Of a DNA stretch of 64,000 nucleotides, positions 25,137 through 39,559 are shown piece by piece (the stretch's first letter is position 1; each line of letters opens with the position of its first letter). The notes beneath the pieces are model-generated. The model was not told where the DNA came from. It did not search any database and saw only the letters and a list, made by a program, of their open reading frames with translations. Source of the DNA: Camelus ferus (Eukaryota); contig NC_045697.1 of NCBI RefSeq assembly GCF_009834535.1, forward strand, positions 56,174,001 through 56,238,000, given 5' to 3'. The position numbers were made by a program, and so were the translations under genes.

Positions 25137-26344
25137 ATTGATGGTAGAAGACAGTGGTGTGATATGAACAGTTATAAGGGAATAGTGAGCTAAATAGGGC
25201 CTCTGCTGGTTCCATTACAGCACCTCAAAATCTTATGTCATTCATACGTTTACATTAAGGAAGCTGAGAGGTTTCTGTAATGTACATATTGTATAAACTG
25301 GATGACACTTTAAATCTGTTCTCTACTAACCATAGAGCTCAGATCGTATGTTATTTAAAAATCAGCTTGCAAATCTTAATACTCTGGAAACTAATTTTGA
25401 AGGCAAAGTAGATATGGAGAAGGGTCAAGATTGTTCTTTTAATTGTATTTAAAGATAGAGAAATACTTTCACTTACTGGTATGAAAGATAGATGAAAATG
25501 ATGAGGAAAGCATAAGAGGGTGTTGACTTTGAGTAAGTTAAGTGCAGTTATGGAAAATTTGTATATTTATCTAGTTCATCTATGATTATCAGTTACTTAG
25601 AAGAACCCAGCAGACCAGGGACGAAGCAGAAAATCCCTATGCTGCAGTACTCTCCAAGGATGGGGACACAGAAGAACCAGAGCTCCTTCGAAGATAGAGA
25701 ACACATTAACGGCAGTGCCAGGACAGACCCCAGAATTTTCAGCACCCCTAGCAAATGGAAATCATTTAGTGAGATCTGTGGCCTTTCTCTGCTGGTTTGA
25801 TTTCCAAAGATGGGTGATGTGAGAGTTACAGCTACTTGTTCAAAGAACTTTCAGATGGACTGTGAAATTTAAAATGAAGGGAAAAGTTAAGTTACATAAT
25901 GGTTTTCAGAATCAGAACTTCACAAATCGAGCTCTGGCAGCTCTAAATCTGAGAAACACAGACAGTGGGGTAAGAGCTGCCGCTAAACTTGCTGCAGGCT
26001 AGTCCTTTATAACGTACTGACGACAGGCAGTGGGAAATGTATTCGTCAGGGTGGGAATGGTAGCCAGGTTACATAAAGAAGCGGAAGGAAAATGTTTACT
26101 TATGCTTCCCTTTTGGGCAGACCTAAGCAACAGTGACTCTCAGATGATTAAGACCAGAATAGTTTAGGTTTGGCATTTCCATAAAGTTTACTTCACAAGC
26201 TCAGCTTTCTTTAATTATGGTAGAAACTTAGCCACTTAAAAAAAAAGTAAATATAAATGTTGGAAGAAAACATAGTGGGCCGTAGGATATGAAACAAAAG
26301 CTTAGAATTTCAGGTTTCATCTTTTGCTTTTACTCTCAAAGATA

Positions 26345-26432
26345 ACGTGCTGACTCTAGTGGATAACATGGTATTGTGTGATTGAAATTTGCTAAGAGAG
26401 TAGAACTTAAACGTTCTCACCAAAAAATAAAT
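26345..26432 (+). mobile_element. Old L1M 3'UTR fragment
   Basis: gaaatttgctaagagagtagaacttaaacgttctcacc is characteristic of L1MA-type 3' ends. Confidence 0.65.
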
Positions 26433-26819
26433 TTTAAAAGATATCACAGGAGATCTTGCAGCAGCCACTGTGCAAAATAAAATCTAGCATAGGGAGAATG
26501 GTCTGGAAAGCATAGTGAAGAGCATGAGGGGCACGTAGCCCATTTAGAAGCCCACTGGTAGCAGGGCCTGGGAGATAACCGTGACCCCTGGGCAGATAGT
26601 ATCTGCAGGAGAGAACTGTGTGTCTGCTAGAGCTAAAAGGTAAGGGAAATATGAAAAAAGATTGAGGATGCTGGAGATTTTACTGGTAACTTGAAGTAGG
26701 CTAAGAATCACAATAGTAAGTTTTCAGGTGATACAGAAGTGTTGAGATCAATAAAAGAGGGGATGAAGAGACCTACACAGAGAAGATAATTCATGAGGTA
26801 AGGGATAAAATGTAGGTAA

Positions 26820-26895
26820 GGTGTGATAATATATGTAAAGCACTTAGGACAGGACCTGGCATGTAGTAGGCACTCAATAAAAGGATTGACTTTTA
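26820..26895 (+). mobile_element. MIR 3' fragment
   Basis: gataatatatgtaaagcacttaggacaggacctggcatgtagtaggcactcaataaa. Confidence 0.8.
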
Positions 26896-28054
26896 TTATA
26901 TTGGTAAGATTAAAAAAGTGATTTCCCACTGAGTTTTTTGATTCTCATGACAGAATTATAATACATGTCAAAATGATTTGAAAGACGAGACTATGATTAA
27001 TTATTGAGATTCCTTTCCAAAAATTTTAAATGGTGTAACAGGTGATTCAGTTGATGCTTGTTTCTAGGCAGAGTTTCAGTTATCTTAAAGAAAACAAACG
27101 CAAGATATGTGAAAGATTCAAAAATGCTTCAAAATCTTCATGTAAAGGACTCCACGAAAAATATGATTTATCAGAACTAGGAATGATTCCATTTCAACTT
27201 TAATTTATATACTTAATATGTCTGGGGAATAGTTTATAAAGAAAGAGATTTCCCTCCCTTTTGTGGGCTTACAGAAATGAAAGCCTATCAAGAATATTTA
27301 GTTGCTTCTTAAGAACAGCATTTGTAACTTCTTACTGCTTTAGACTAGAGCCCTAAAATGTGGGTAGGGCAAACACATATGACATAAATCATCAGAATAA
27401 GCTCTCCCAAATGTCATATTTCCTAACCACAAATGACTGCCATTGTTTCAACCTCATCATAATTTAAGAATCCCTCTTTCTCTGCAGGCTTAGTGCCAAA
27501 TCTGCATGGCAGTCTTGCTCACAGGACTCAAGACTTAGTTCTAGTAAACCATCACACATCCAGCTTTTCAGAAGTCGGATTTTTTCCCCCCAGATTTCAC
27601 CAGTAGATTAATTTTGAAGTTTTGCATACAGGATACATAGTGAAAAAGCTAGGTGTATTCATTTATGTCTCATGTTTATGATGTATCTGTTGATGTTTAA
27701 ATGACTCATTATAAAATCTATATAAAAAACTATAGCCTTTATATTTAAGATGTCTTTTAAAATGTTTATTGAAATTAATATAGTTCATGACATATTTATT
27801 TCTTATACTTATTTTCTCTGTATGTTCACCTATCACTGGCAAAATGCCATGCTTACTGATATGGTAAGTAGTCTTAATAGCAACTACTGTTAATGACGGA
27901 TTTAGTGCATTTTTAATAAGAAGCTTCAAGTATAGTGACATAATGACTACTTTCCCAAAGATGATTTTTAATTTTGCTCCTGTTGATTTTTACCGTCATT
28001 TTTGATAAAAATGCCATCGTGAGCTGGAAGGAATTTTACAGAGGAAAAAAATGA

Positions 28055-28816
28055 TTTATTTATTCGTTTTAATGGAAGTACGGTCAGTTATAATATGTCA
28101 ATTTCTGGTGTACAGCATAATGTTTCAGTCATACATATAAATACATATATTTGTTTTCATATTCTTTTTCATTATACGTTACAAGATATTAAATATAGTC
28201 CCCTGTGCTATACAGAAGAAATTTGTTTTTTATCTGTTTTATATATAGTAGTTAGTATTTGCAAATCTCAAATGTCCAATTTATCGCTTCCCACCTCCTT
28301 TCCCCCAGTTATGATAAGTTTGTTTACTATGTCTGTGAGTCTGTTTCTGTTTCGTAGACCAGTTCATTAGTGTCTTCTTTTTTCTTCTTCTTTTTTTAAT
28401 TCCACATGAGTGATATCTTACGGTATTTTTCTTTCCCTTTCTGACTTAATTCACTTAGAATGACAATCTCCAGATCCATCCATGTTGCTGCAGATGGCAT
28501 TATTCTATTCTTTTTATGGTTGAGTAGTATTCCATTGTAGAAATATGCCACAGGTTCTTTATCCAGTCATCTGTCAATGGACATTTAAGTTGGTTCCATG
28601 GCTTGATTATTGTATATAGGGCTGCTATGAACATTGGGATGCCTGTGTCTTTTCAAATTTGAGTTCCCTCTGGATATATGCCCAGGAGTGAGATTGCTGG
28701 ATCATATGATGATTCTATCTTTCATTATTTGAAGAATCTTCATACAGTTTTCCATAATGGCTGCACCAAACTGCATTCCCACCAACAGTGTAGGAGGGTT
28801 CCTGTTTCTCCACACC
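28055..28816 (-). mobile_element. 5'-truncated L1 (3'UTR plus ORF2 C-terminus)
   Basis: Colinear with ~3000-3715 of the full-length L1 but more diverged. TSD cagaggaaaaa..tga at 28039-28054 / 28817-28831. Confidence 0.93.
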
Positions 28817-29379
28817 CAGAGGAAAAAGTGAAAATGTTCCCACAGACAATTTATTATTTAGTTTTGTCCATCTTTGTTTAAAAAGTGGGATGGTACAAAG
28901 CCAGGTGGCACTTAGTTCAGCCCAGTATGGGTTTTCCTTGAGAAACCAAAAGGAAGGTTGGAGAGAGAGTGGAGCCAAATTTCTTCTTGGGAAAGAAGGC
29001 TGGCAGACCCAGAATCCTTTCAGGAATAAAGAGCCAGAATCCCTTCAAGGATAAAGGTAATAGGAGGCTGGGAGACAGACTTGTCAGTGAGCAGAACTGG
29101 GTCTGAATCTCAGCTTTGTTCTTGGGTATATTTCAGGAGTACAGTTTACTTAAGTATAAAATGAAGATGATATGATTTAACCTCATGGGTTTCTTGAGAG
29201 TTTTAACTGATGAAATTTAATTAAAGTGTATCTTAAATTGCCCAGAACTTTGAAGACACAATAATTAGTAAATAAATAACTGAAAGTTATGCTTTGAGTC
29301 TCTTGGTAGTATCTTTGTATCTTAAGAACCCAGCCAAAGTCAGTCAACAAAGATGTCTGGAATCTTGTGTGTTGGATGC

Positions 29380-30035
29380 TGAGTGTGGAGGACAGTCTTC
29401 TCTTCTCCATGCACACTCTTTCCCATGGAGATTTTATTAAGTCCCATGGCCTTAAATACCCTTAATTTCAGCCCAGACTTCTCTCTCGTACTCCGGACTC
29501 ATCTATCCAGCTGTATGGTTGACATCTTCACTTGAATGTCTCATACTTCTCAAACGTAATATGTCCCAAACTGAATTCTCCATCTTCCCCTGAAAACCTG
29601 CACCATCTGCAAACTTCTCTGTGTCTGATAAGGACAGTTTCACCCTTTTAGTTCCTCAAATCATGCTTTACTCCTGTCTTTATCTGATATCCCACATCAG
29701 GTAAGTCAGCAAATGCTGTTTTATCTACCTGCAGTTACATGTAGCATCCAGTGGTTTCACACCACTTCCACTACTACCACCCTGAACCAAACCAGCATCA
29801 TCCTTCTGGTGGACGATTTAATCTCTTAACTGTTCTTGTTTTCCCTCTTTATCCATTAGTTAGTTCTCAAGACAGAAGCGACAGTGATCCTTTAAAATTG
29901 TATTGTCATTTCTCTGAGTAAAAGTGAAAGTTTTTGCAACAGCTTTCAAAGCCCTCTGTGATCTGTTGCCCACTACCCCTCTGATCACATGCCCTAATGC
30001 ACTTACTTCCACTAACTCTGCTCCAGCCACTGTGG
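29380..30035 (+). mobile_element. L2 LINE 3' region
   Basis: cccagacttctctc...gacatcttcacttgaatgtctc...aatatgtcccaaactgaa...agtgatcctttaaaat...ctgctccagccac are classic L2 motifs. Confidence 0.85.
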
Positions 30036-30039
30036 CTCT

Positions 30040-30195
30040 TCTTATAAGGCCACTAGTCTCATCATGATGGCCCCACCCTCATGACCTTACCCATTTAGTT
30101 ACCTCACATAGGTCCCACCCCCTCATACTATCACATTGAAAGTTGGGACTTAAGCATAGAAATTTTGAGGGGACCCAAACATATCATCCATAACA
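30040..30195. mobile_element. MLT1A/MST-like LTR terminal fragment
   Basis: cttataaggccacta...ccccaccctcatgacct...ggggacccaaacat...ccataaca. Confidence 0.75.
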
Positions 30196-33100
30196 AATGC
30201 TCTCCTTTCAATATCAGTGTTGTAAATTTCATGCTGAAAAATATGTCAATTTGGTAGGTTCATGATGTTAGAAAAGAAAAAAGAAACATAAAATGTGAGG
30301 TTCTATAACATACTCTACATGCTTTCATTGGCCTTTATCACCTGTAAGTTTTAGATTAGTCATTCATATTATTCAAACTGTAGTTTCTTAAAGAAATTTC
30401 CCTTAAATTGTGAAGTTATGCTACAAAATTGTAAGAAAAGTATTATATCCTACATGTCTAGAATCTCACAGAGACAAAGATTATCTAACTTTTGAGATTT
30501 TTTTAATATATATTTAAGGATGGAAAAATTATCATGGGCCAAATTTTAGCCTTATAAAAGTTTATTCCTGATTGTACTAAAGGGATAAACCTTACAAATA
30601 CTGACAGTCTCTTAACGTTTTGCGTTCTAATGGAGTGAAAATTTTGAATTTGTATATCTCAGTTCAGACTTGCCCTAAATATGGAGTGTGTGAAATTAAT
30701 CAAGATAATTGGGAGATATTCAAGGTAACACAAGTGAAAGAGGTGAATTCTAACAGCAGCCATCACAACAAAACACTTTCTGTGGCATATGGTTCTATGA
30801 GATTGATTTTTGTTTTAAAATGAGTTCTTATCCTTCTGAGAATAATTTAATAATATATTTGAAAAAGTATAACATTGGAATCAGGGGCGAAAACTTGAGT
30901 CCAAAGTTTCTGTGTGATTTTAGGCAGGTTATTTAATCTTTCTGTCTTTGTTAAATAGTTAAAAGTCCTGAATATGGTTCCTTCATATTAACACTTGAGT
31001 AAGAGTAAAAGACAAAGCTTCATTAAAACTAACCTAAAATCTAAATTAAGAAAGACATTCATTCCTTCAGTGGAAAAACAATAGGAGGTAAGAGGAATGA
31101 CTGCTGATTATACAAACCTAGTATGTGCATGGATTATGTCTGGCATGTGACTGTCACTTGTAAGGTCATTTCCAATTCTACAGTCTTGTGAGATATAAAT
31201 CTATTCTGAATTGAAATGGATAGACAGAGGTAACTATAACCTTGATGACCATTGGCATATTAATTACAGTATTCATCATATTAGTTTTAAAGAGCTGTCA
31301 TCTGTTAAGTGTGTGTTCTCTGCCAAGCACGCACTACACATAGATGGGTGTGTGTGTTATACATCAGACATATCCATATTTATATTTATATCTACATATT
31401 CCAATTAAACCCTTGCAAATAGCCATAAAGGAGCTACTATTTTATAGATGAGGAAATTTAGTCTCAGGGTTGTAAAGTATCAACTCAAGGGTCTTATGGA
31501 TACAATGTGAAATTGCTGTGATTTGAACTCAAGTCTATGTGACCTCATAAGTCTATGCTTATCTAATCAAAGAGGAGCTATTATGTGGTCACATAGACTG
31601 AAAGAGTTAAAAACAGGCACTGTGGAGAACACAGTAAGGATAAAAAAGTAGCGAATAAGGTTCTGCTAATAGCAGTCTCCATTACCTGAGATTGCATAGA
31701 ATACACTTGAAATGTTCTCCACAATCCTCAAAGCTGAGGATGGTTAAACAGAGAATATCTATTATCCAGGAACCAGAAAGCTAGTGCCTCAAGGCCTTCT
31801 CTCAGCAGAGCAATGGTGAGAAAGCTTACCAGACACACCTGTGCTGAACTGCCGGCTTCTTTACTTACTGGCTGGTTTTAAGAACTTAGGCACATTGCTT
31901 AGCCTTGTACCTATAAAATGGAATTGTTAATAGCACTGACTTATTATTATTATTGTCCTAATTAAATGCTCTGGATCTGTGTAGAGTTTCACTCACTCAC
32001 TGGCACTAGTGGACATGCTAAATATATGTCAGTTTGTTTTTTAGTATGGCTACTGTAATTGTGATCTCTATGTCATGTAATTATAAAAGAGAATTTTTGG
32101 TGAGATGATGGCAAAATGGTAATCATAAAGTGACAGTGGAAAACAAATATACTTTGAAACATAATCTAATTTGGATTAAGATTATAACTTTAAGGTCTAA
32201 TCTTCCATTTCACAAAATAAAGAACCTGCTTTCTAATCATCTCTGAGATCAGCCATTTAGAGTTGTTTTTCTGGCTTCCTTTTTCTTCCTGCTCTGGCTT
32301 TTGAAAAAGGCCAAGCCCCATTCTGATTTTGAAATTGAGATCACCCGATAGCTAGGACATAAAAATAAACTCTGGGAATGACTGAGTAATTCCATAGTAC
32401 TGATCACATTAAACTAAGAAGAAAAAATTATGTGAGCTAAACCTCGACAAATAAAGATAATGTACTATATAATGCTATGAACTATATTTGAGCTTTTTGC
32501 TGGCTCAAAATTTCTAGAAATAAGGTAAAGTATTAAAAGACAGTCTTTACCAGGTTTTTTGGAGATGAATCTCCCATTCTGTGAATAAAGAATTTTGCCC
32601 CTAATGTTGACATCTGAAATTGTTTAATTTCAGGCCCAGTAGGGCACTTGCACACTGCAAATTAGGGGCAAATAGATGACTGCTTTTGCCAAATTAACTG
32701 CACTAGCAAGTTGCTTTTGCTAACTTGCAGACTTTCAATTTAAAACAACAACATTTCATAGATGTGGATTGAACATTTGCGAAATGGCTTGATTCAGTTT
32801 AATTCTTAGTGTACAATTTGGAGAAAACTGGTTTAGAACAATTGCATGTCTTATGTGTTCTCTACACTGCCTTCATTGTATTTATATTTATATCCATATA
32901 AACCAACTATAGCCTATATTCAAGTATTCTTTCTTGCAAATAATCAAGGCAATTTTTAAATATCTCTTTTGTTTTAATGCAAATTACAGATTTTAAACGC
33001 TTATTACAGTTAATCTCTCTATTTCTATGCTTTTTAAAAAACTGCATTGTTAACATTTTAGTTAAACTTAAATTATAATCAATCTAGGGAGTAATTCTCT

Positions 33101-35918
33101 GGACTGAGGAGTAAGTTTTCCTTTGTTGTAGTTATTGTTTGATTTTTAAGAAGAAAATTATCACTAATGCATTTAAACTACATATAATGGCTTATTCTTT
33201 ATTCCAAAACAGCACATACTTAATCTGTATGTTTTCATTACATCAAAGTAGATATAATTTTGTTTCATAGGTGGTATCATCTTCTGAATTTGTGAAGTAG
33301 GAGGTAATGCCGAGTGGTCCAAAGAGAAATGTTCATAACAAAGCACTGTTTTTACCATAGCAGTCTAGGTCAAGACCCTGAGCCTAACCTTGCCTACATT
33401 TGCATAACAAATATTGTGTTGGATTCTTTTGTCCCTTCATGTAAGGTTTATTGCATTACCTGGAACATACTTACTTCATGATTCATAACTAGACTTATTT
33501 TATGACCATACAGACATGAGTTAAACAAACTGGCTTTCATTACCTGATTCTAATAATAATGGATACTTCAAATCTAATACATAAGCCATATACACTTTTC
33601 TTTCAATTACAAGACATCATCCAGCTTAATATTTAAATGGTACATCCCACTTAGCAAGACAATACACATTCATATTATCACGAATAATGTTCAGAAAAGC
33701 ACATGGATTAAACCATTCAGTAATGAAGAAAAACACTATAAGCTGACACAAGATTATTTCATGATATTTTATCAATGTTTAATTTCGATATGAAATGAAG
33801 TGAAAAGGCCTAGATATTGTCAGATTTAATTAATTTGTACAGAACAGCTGTCCTTGCCTATGGTGAGAGAGTGGGGTTCTTTTATACCTTTTAATTTAGG
33901 AAAGATAATGTATGTTTTATTATCAATAAACAAATGCTAAACTTTGTGTCTTGGTCTTTAGTGAAATAGCATTCACCCATAGAATTCCCCTTTCATACAC
34001 AGTAAAATTCATTCTCAAAAAGGTTTCTGACTTTTCTCTAAGCTTATAAAATAATTATAGACATTAATTTTGCTTGTGAAGATACAAAAGAATTATACAT
34101 TCTGGATAGCCAATTAACCCACGAAAATATGTTGAACATACTTGCAGGGCTTAGTGCTAAGTTTTAGGTACTCTGAAAGGAATGTGTAAAAGTCTGTTTT
34201 CTCAATGTTTTGTAGCTCAGCCATCCCCTGGATTTTTTGGCTCTAAGGCTTTTATCAGTTGAAGGCATAATAAAATAAAGGTTTACCATTTAAAATTAAA
34301 AAGTCATTTAATTTGATTAAACTTAATTTCCATTTTGTTTTTTGAAAGTAGTCCATATTCACTGAGAAATGGATTCACCAAACATATCTGATAGCTGATA
34401 CTTCCTTACTTAAAAAGAATTTAAATTATGAAAGACTGTTCAAAAGTACCACTTGTTCGTAAGAAAAGGGACATAACATAACTACACAGTATTTGCTGAT
34501 GTCAAGATTAATTCTTATTCAGATGGATACCTGCTGTGTGTGTCTATGAAAAAGTAAAGATAATGTCTGAGAGTAGAAAAGGTAGGATGAGTAATTCAAA
34601 CATATTTTCTATTAACTTTTTCTAACCTTTTAAAGTATGCCTTTCAAGTCTGTGCATTATAACAACATAAATACTTCTTTTAAACTCTTGAATATTTAAT
34701 TGAAATTTTAAATTAATTTTATCTAATTAATTTTTTAGTGAAGTGGAAGGTATGTAACCAAATATCTGAAGCGTTTTGTGCACTCACGCACATTCTCATA
34801 CACATCCTGTACACATTATTACTGAAGCATGCTGATACTTGTTTGGGGGAGGAAAACTGCTCAGCATCTTTGAAATTATAGGGATAAAAAAGTATCCAGG
34901 AAATTAATAATTAAAATACAACTTTAAAATTATCTGTAGCAATTTATTATTGTAGAGGAATCCAGTCAATCAACAATTAAAGGAAAATTATGGCCTCTTC
35001 TTTGAGAGAGACCATGAATCTATTATTTTCAGTAAATGTTCATCCTTGTATAGGTTGGTTATAGAAGTCTTTGAAGAGTTACTGAAATTTTGTAGCTTTT
35101 ATTTTAATGGAAGTTCAATTAGATAAATATAAAATGGTAGTATTGTGATTTACAGCTGTACACAGTTTAAAGGCCATGTGTCAGTCCATTCCAAACCACA
35201 GAGTGCTTTATGTGTTTGTTACTGTATCTCAAGCATGTCCATGTTGTCAAAGTGGAGGAACATATCATATCACTGCAGAATGTCTTTTCATGAATACTCT
35301 GCAGGGCTCTTGGTATTTAAACTTGTGAAATTGAAATTAGTTTAGCTTAACTGTTTTATCTTGGAAAAACATACCATTGTTAACAAAGTAATAATTCAAT
35401 CAACATGCTTTACATGAGCATGAAAGACATTCCATCCTCGCTCATTTGGTAAACTGGTTTTACCTATACATATTTTCTTCAGTATATTTTACATTTTAAG
35501 TATCTTCTAACTTTGCTAGCTATTAGTTATGAAGTATATAAGTTCTAACTTAAGTAGGAGGTGATATTGGTGCATAATATATTTTTTAATAAATTTAAGG
35601 ATATTCTACTGTTTGATGAACTCTTACAGGAGCTGTCTTACCCTAGACTATGAAAGGGAGTTCAATTCAATTCAGTATTAGAATCGATCATTGACACTAC
35701 AGAATACAGCACTTCTATAAAAGACAGATTTAGAAACAAAAATGTGAAAGTAATACAATTCTAAACAATTTTTAAAGTCATACATCTATAGTTTGTTTAT
35801 AATTTATAATATAAAATGTATTTTATAAATGTATAAAATTCATAATTTTATTTGTAATTATGATTTATAATATATATATATAATGTCTTTTACTGAAAGA
35901 CCACAGTTTTTGTCTCTA

Positions 35919-35942
35919 CACACACACACACACACACACACA
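35919..35942. repeat. (CA)12 microsatellite
   Basis: Read directly from the sequence. Confidence 0.95.
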
Positions 35943-38355
35943 GGATGCTATTTTTAAATCGTCATTTTGAGTGTCTTTAAAATTGTGTGTGTTAAACTGA
36001 ACAAAATTAAACAGTTAATGAATGTCTAAATATGTGCCAGACAACATGCAAGCAATTGCCACACATGACTATTTAATGGCTTAATGACAATGAATATGTT
36101 TTAATGTCCAGTGTCCAGTACAGTTTATGACACATAAGTTTGGTTCATTACAGATATTGAGTGAATGAATATATAAAGGATATGTAGCAATTAATTTTAC
36201 TCTCTATTTATAAATATTATATAATTCTTTGAGCTTCTATAAATACTTGCTGAGCCTAAATTATATAGAGACAGGGAGAGAGATTTAATGTATTTATCAA
36301 TCGTATTCTTGTTCTTCTTTGATATTGTTTTCTAATATTCAGAGAAGCCTTATTGCTTTCAATTATGTAAACTTATATTCTAATTAGCTTATTCTAAATT
36401 CTAAAATAGGATCTTTCTCTTGTTTCTGTTTGTAAACTTTCAAGAACTTTACCTAGTTTAAAATCTACTTTAATATATCAGTGCTTTAACACAATGCCTA
36501 TTTTTCCTACTTAGCATATATTTTAAATATAAGGAGAAATCTGCTGTTATTATTAAATTTTGGTATACATATTATTCCATATTTTTTGAGTTGTGATTTT
36601 CTGATTGCATGTTGTGTTATGCAGTTTTTCTCAATTAACACATCTTCTAAATTTCGACTAGCCTGTCTTGTGGGCACCTCATTTTGAAAAATCTATTTAA
36701 AAAGCAAATTTGACATAGCTGATATCCTCTGACTTTCACATATGATAGAACTATGGTAAAAATCTTGTTCATAGTGATTTTCTGTCATTCTTAATAAAGC
36801 ATAATTAGATAAATCCAATAACATTTTTGAAGGTTAATTATGTCTTGAATTCTATCGACAATAGTCTGTGTGCAGTTTTATTCCCATTTCCTTTTATATA
36901 TGTTTTTAAATGATCTGTATATTTTAATTCTAGTGGGGGTAATTATAGTATTATATATTAAAAAGCAGTAAACAACTAAAAAGTAAATGGTAAATAGTAA
37001 CAAATAAACAGTAAAAAATAAAAACAAGTAAAGAATAAAAAACAGTATATTTTATATTACTTCTAAATTTTTTTTCTTGGTGACCATGCTTCTGAAGTAC
37101 TGACTTTGAATTGTAAAATGAATTCACTTGGGTATCCCAAGAGTGATGGACCTTTAAGGCTAAAATATTTTGGAAACATTAAAAATAATTTAATTGTCCA
37201 TAAATAGTTGAAAAAATTCTAACTTGTCACCTTAACCATTTTTGGTAACTTTGAGGACTTTTTAAAAAATCCTAATCAGAGTGGGCAGCACCTTTTAGCA
37301 ATTTTAACAAATGACAGCCTTTATTCATTTGAATATTGATGACATGCTTTTTTCTGTTTAGATTTTTAAAACTGTATTTTAATTGACATCTATAACATCC
37401 TTGTTTTTAAAGCGATCAGTATGAGAGCTAGTGTTGATAGTTTGTGCAAAACTTGTAAAGCAGTGTGTGAAGATGTAAGGTTATTTTTTACTTGTAGAAC
37501 TTAATATTTAAACAATTACAGTTAACCAGCTTTTATTAAGTTCCTGTTATATCATTTAAACCCTGAGAAAGACACAGATATATTATTCATACCAATAAGT
37601 ACTGATGAATATGTACTCAGTACAAAGAACTATGCTCCATAGAATGAAAATCAAATGAGCAGTTTCCATTGTCCAAGATGTTTATACAAACTGGGAGTAG
37701 TTGAGAATTCATACACATGAAACTATGACAAAATACTTTCTGTCTTCCATGAAAGAGGTGCTAAGTAAATAGTTCAAAGATCTAAAGGATGTGTAAAGGA
37801 AGAATATGTAATCATGGAATTCAGTACAAGCGTCATGGAAAAGGTAGTGCTTATAAAATGAGTCTTGAAGCATGAACAGAATAGGATTACTAAAAATAGT
37901 TTCCTTCCCTCCAGAGGACTGCTAAAATAGCCTCCTGAAACCTGTTAACATAGGATGCAGTGTTTGGTCTCCTATTCCTTGTCCAGCTTACAGGGATTTG
38001 CATAATATTTTCAAATAATATTTAGGTAATGTACAAGTGTCATATGAAACAACTTTGCTCCAGAGCTTCCTTTATTTTTGAATCAAACATATCAAGTTGG
38101 GATTTACAGAAATTTTACTGCTTACCTAAATAATTATTTGTTGAATATTGCCCTGATTAAAATGTAAAAAGTCAATTTTGCCTTTTTTTTTTTTTTTTAC
38201 TATTATTTATTTTCTGTTTCTCAAATATGTTGTGGCTTCAGGGTATAGAGTAGAATTTTTACTTTCTCACCACAGTACAAATATCCTTTGCCACAGTGCT
38301 TAACAGAAAGAGCACCTTCAAAAAATAATACATGCAGTGTCTTCTAAATGCATTC

Positions 38356-38499
38356 GGGCAGAGGGCGTAGCTCAGTGGTAGACTGTGTGCTTAGCATGCA
38401 CGATGTCCCCAGTACATCCATTGATGGGTTTAATCCCCAGTACTTCCATTTAAAAATATATATATATATAAAAACGTAATTACCTCTCCCCCCCCCCCA
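38356..38499 (+). mobile_element. vic-1-type tRNA-Ala SINE with an internal 16-nt insertion
   Basis: gtagctcagtggtaga...gcttagcatgcacga head; perfect TSD aaatgcattc at 38346-38355 / 38500-38509. Confidence 0.92.
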
Positions 38500-39559
38500 A
38501 AATGCATTCAGATTAAATCCAAATCCCTTATCATTGATTATAAGCTTTTTTTTTTTTTTCCTAATTTACACTTCTTGTCTTTTCCTGGAATGCTTTTCCT
38601 GCAATATTCAAAGGAGTTGCTCAAGTGCTGGAAATTACAAGATTAGTAGGGATGGAGATAGTGAGTGTGGTAGGAGACCATATTTAAAGGGTTTCTTAAA
38701 TATTATGTGGAAACTCATAGGCTATGCTGGCATTCTGTAGTAAAATTAACTGGAGTTTACAGAAAGAAGAGATGATCAAATGCTGTTGAGAATTATGGCA
38801 ACAAGACAACTACATTCTTAACCAAAGCAGTTGCAGTGGGGTGGAGCGTGTCAACGTGTGATTTAAAATGAGGAACTGTAGATACATGCATTTAATATAT
38901 TTTAAGAAAATATTTTAAGAAAATAATTTAAGAAACTGTTGTTCTGCATGGAAACAAAACTGTTTGGTAACCATAGGGAGAATTGGAATCAAGCAAGATT
39001 GATAGTTGTGTTGTTTGTTTTGGTTTGTTTCATGTTATTTCCATTGAAAAGTTCTGGAAAATTGTATCAGACTTCTGTGAATGACTAGATGAGGGAGGAA
39101 GAGAGAGAGAGAACCTGAGCATGTAAGAGGGATCTTAGACACTTGGAAGATGACTCTCAGAGTTACAGATGGGATTCCTAATTCAAATAGATTTTTTTTT
39201 TATATAAAGAGCAAAGATATGTTTCCATTTTAACAGGAAGAAAGGTACAAGTGCACATAGGCTTGGAGATTTGGTGGTAAGAAAATAAGAAAATAAGAAA
39301 GTTCCTCTATGATGACTTGTTTTCTCAGCACATACACAAATGTACCAGGAGAGTCACAAAGGAATAGAGCTTGTAAGGAATTAGAAGAAATAGGAAATGC
39401 TACAAAATAATCACCTTGATGCTGCGAACTGGAATTAACTAAGGAAATAATACTAAGATTGTCTAGCAGCAGTGCATGTCCCATTTGGATTTAGGGCCGT
39501 GGTTTGAAGGCAGTGGATGATTATGATTTTATGATATTTTTCTTGGACAACATTAACCC

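Noticed and set aside
38901..38935. Short direct repeats tttaagaaaata x3 as a CRISPR-like or regulatory array
   Set aside because: Simple AT-rich slippage repeat with no spacers, in a eukaryotic context.
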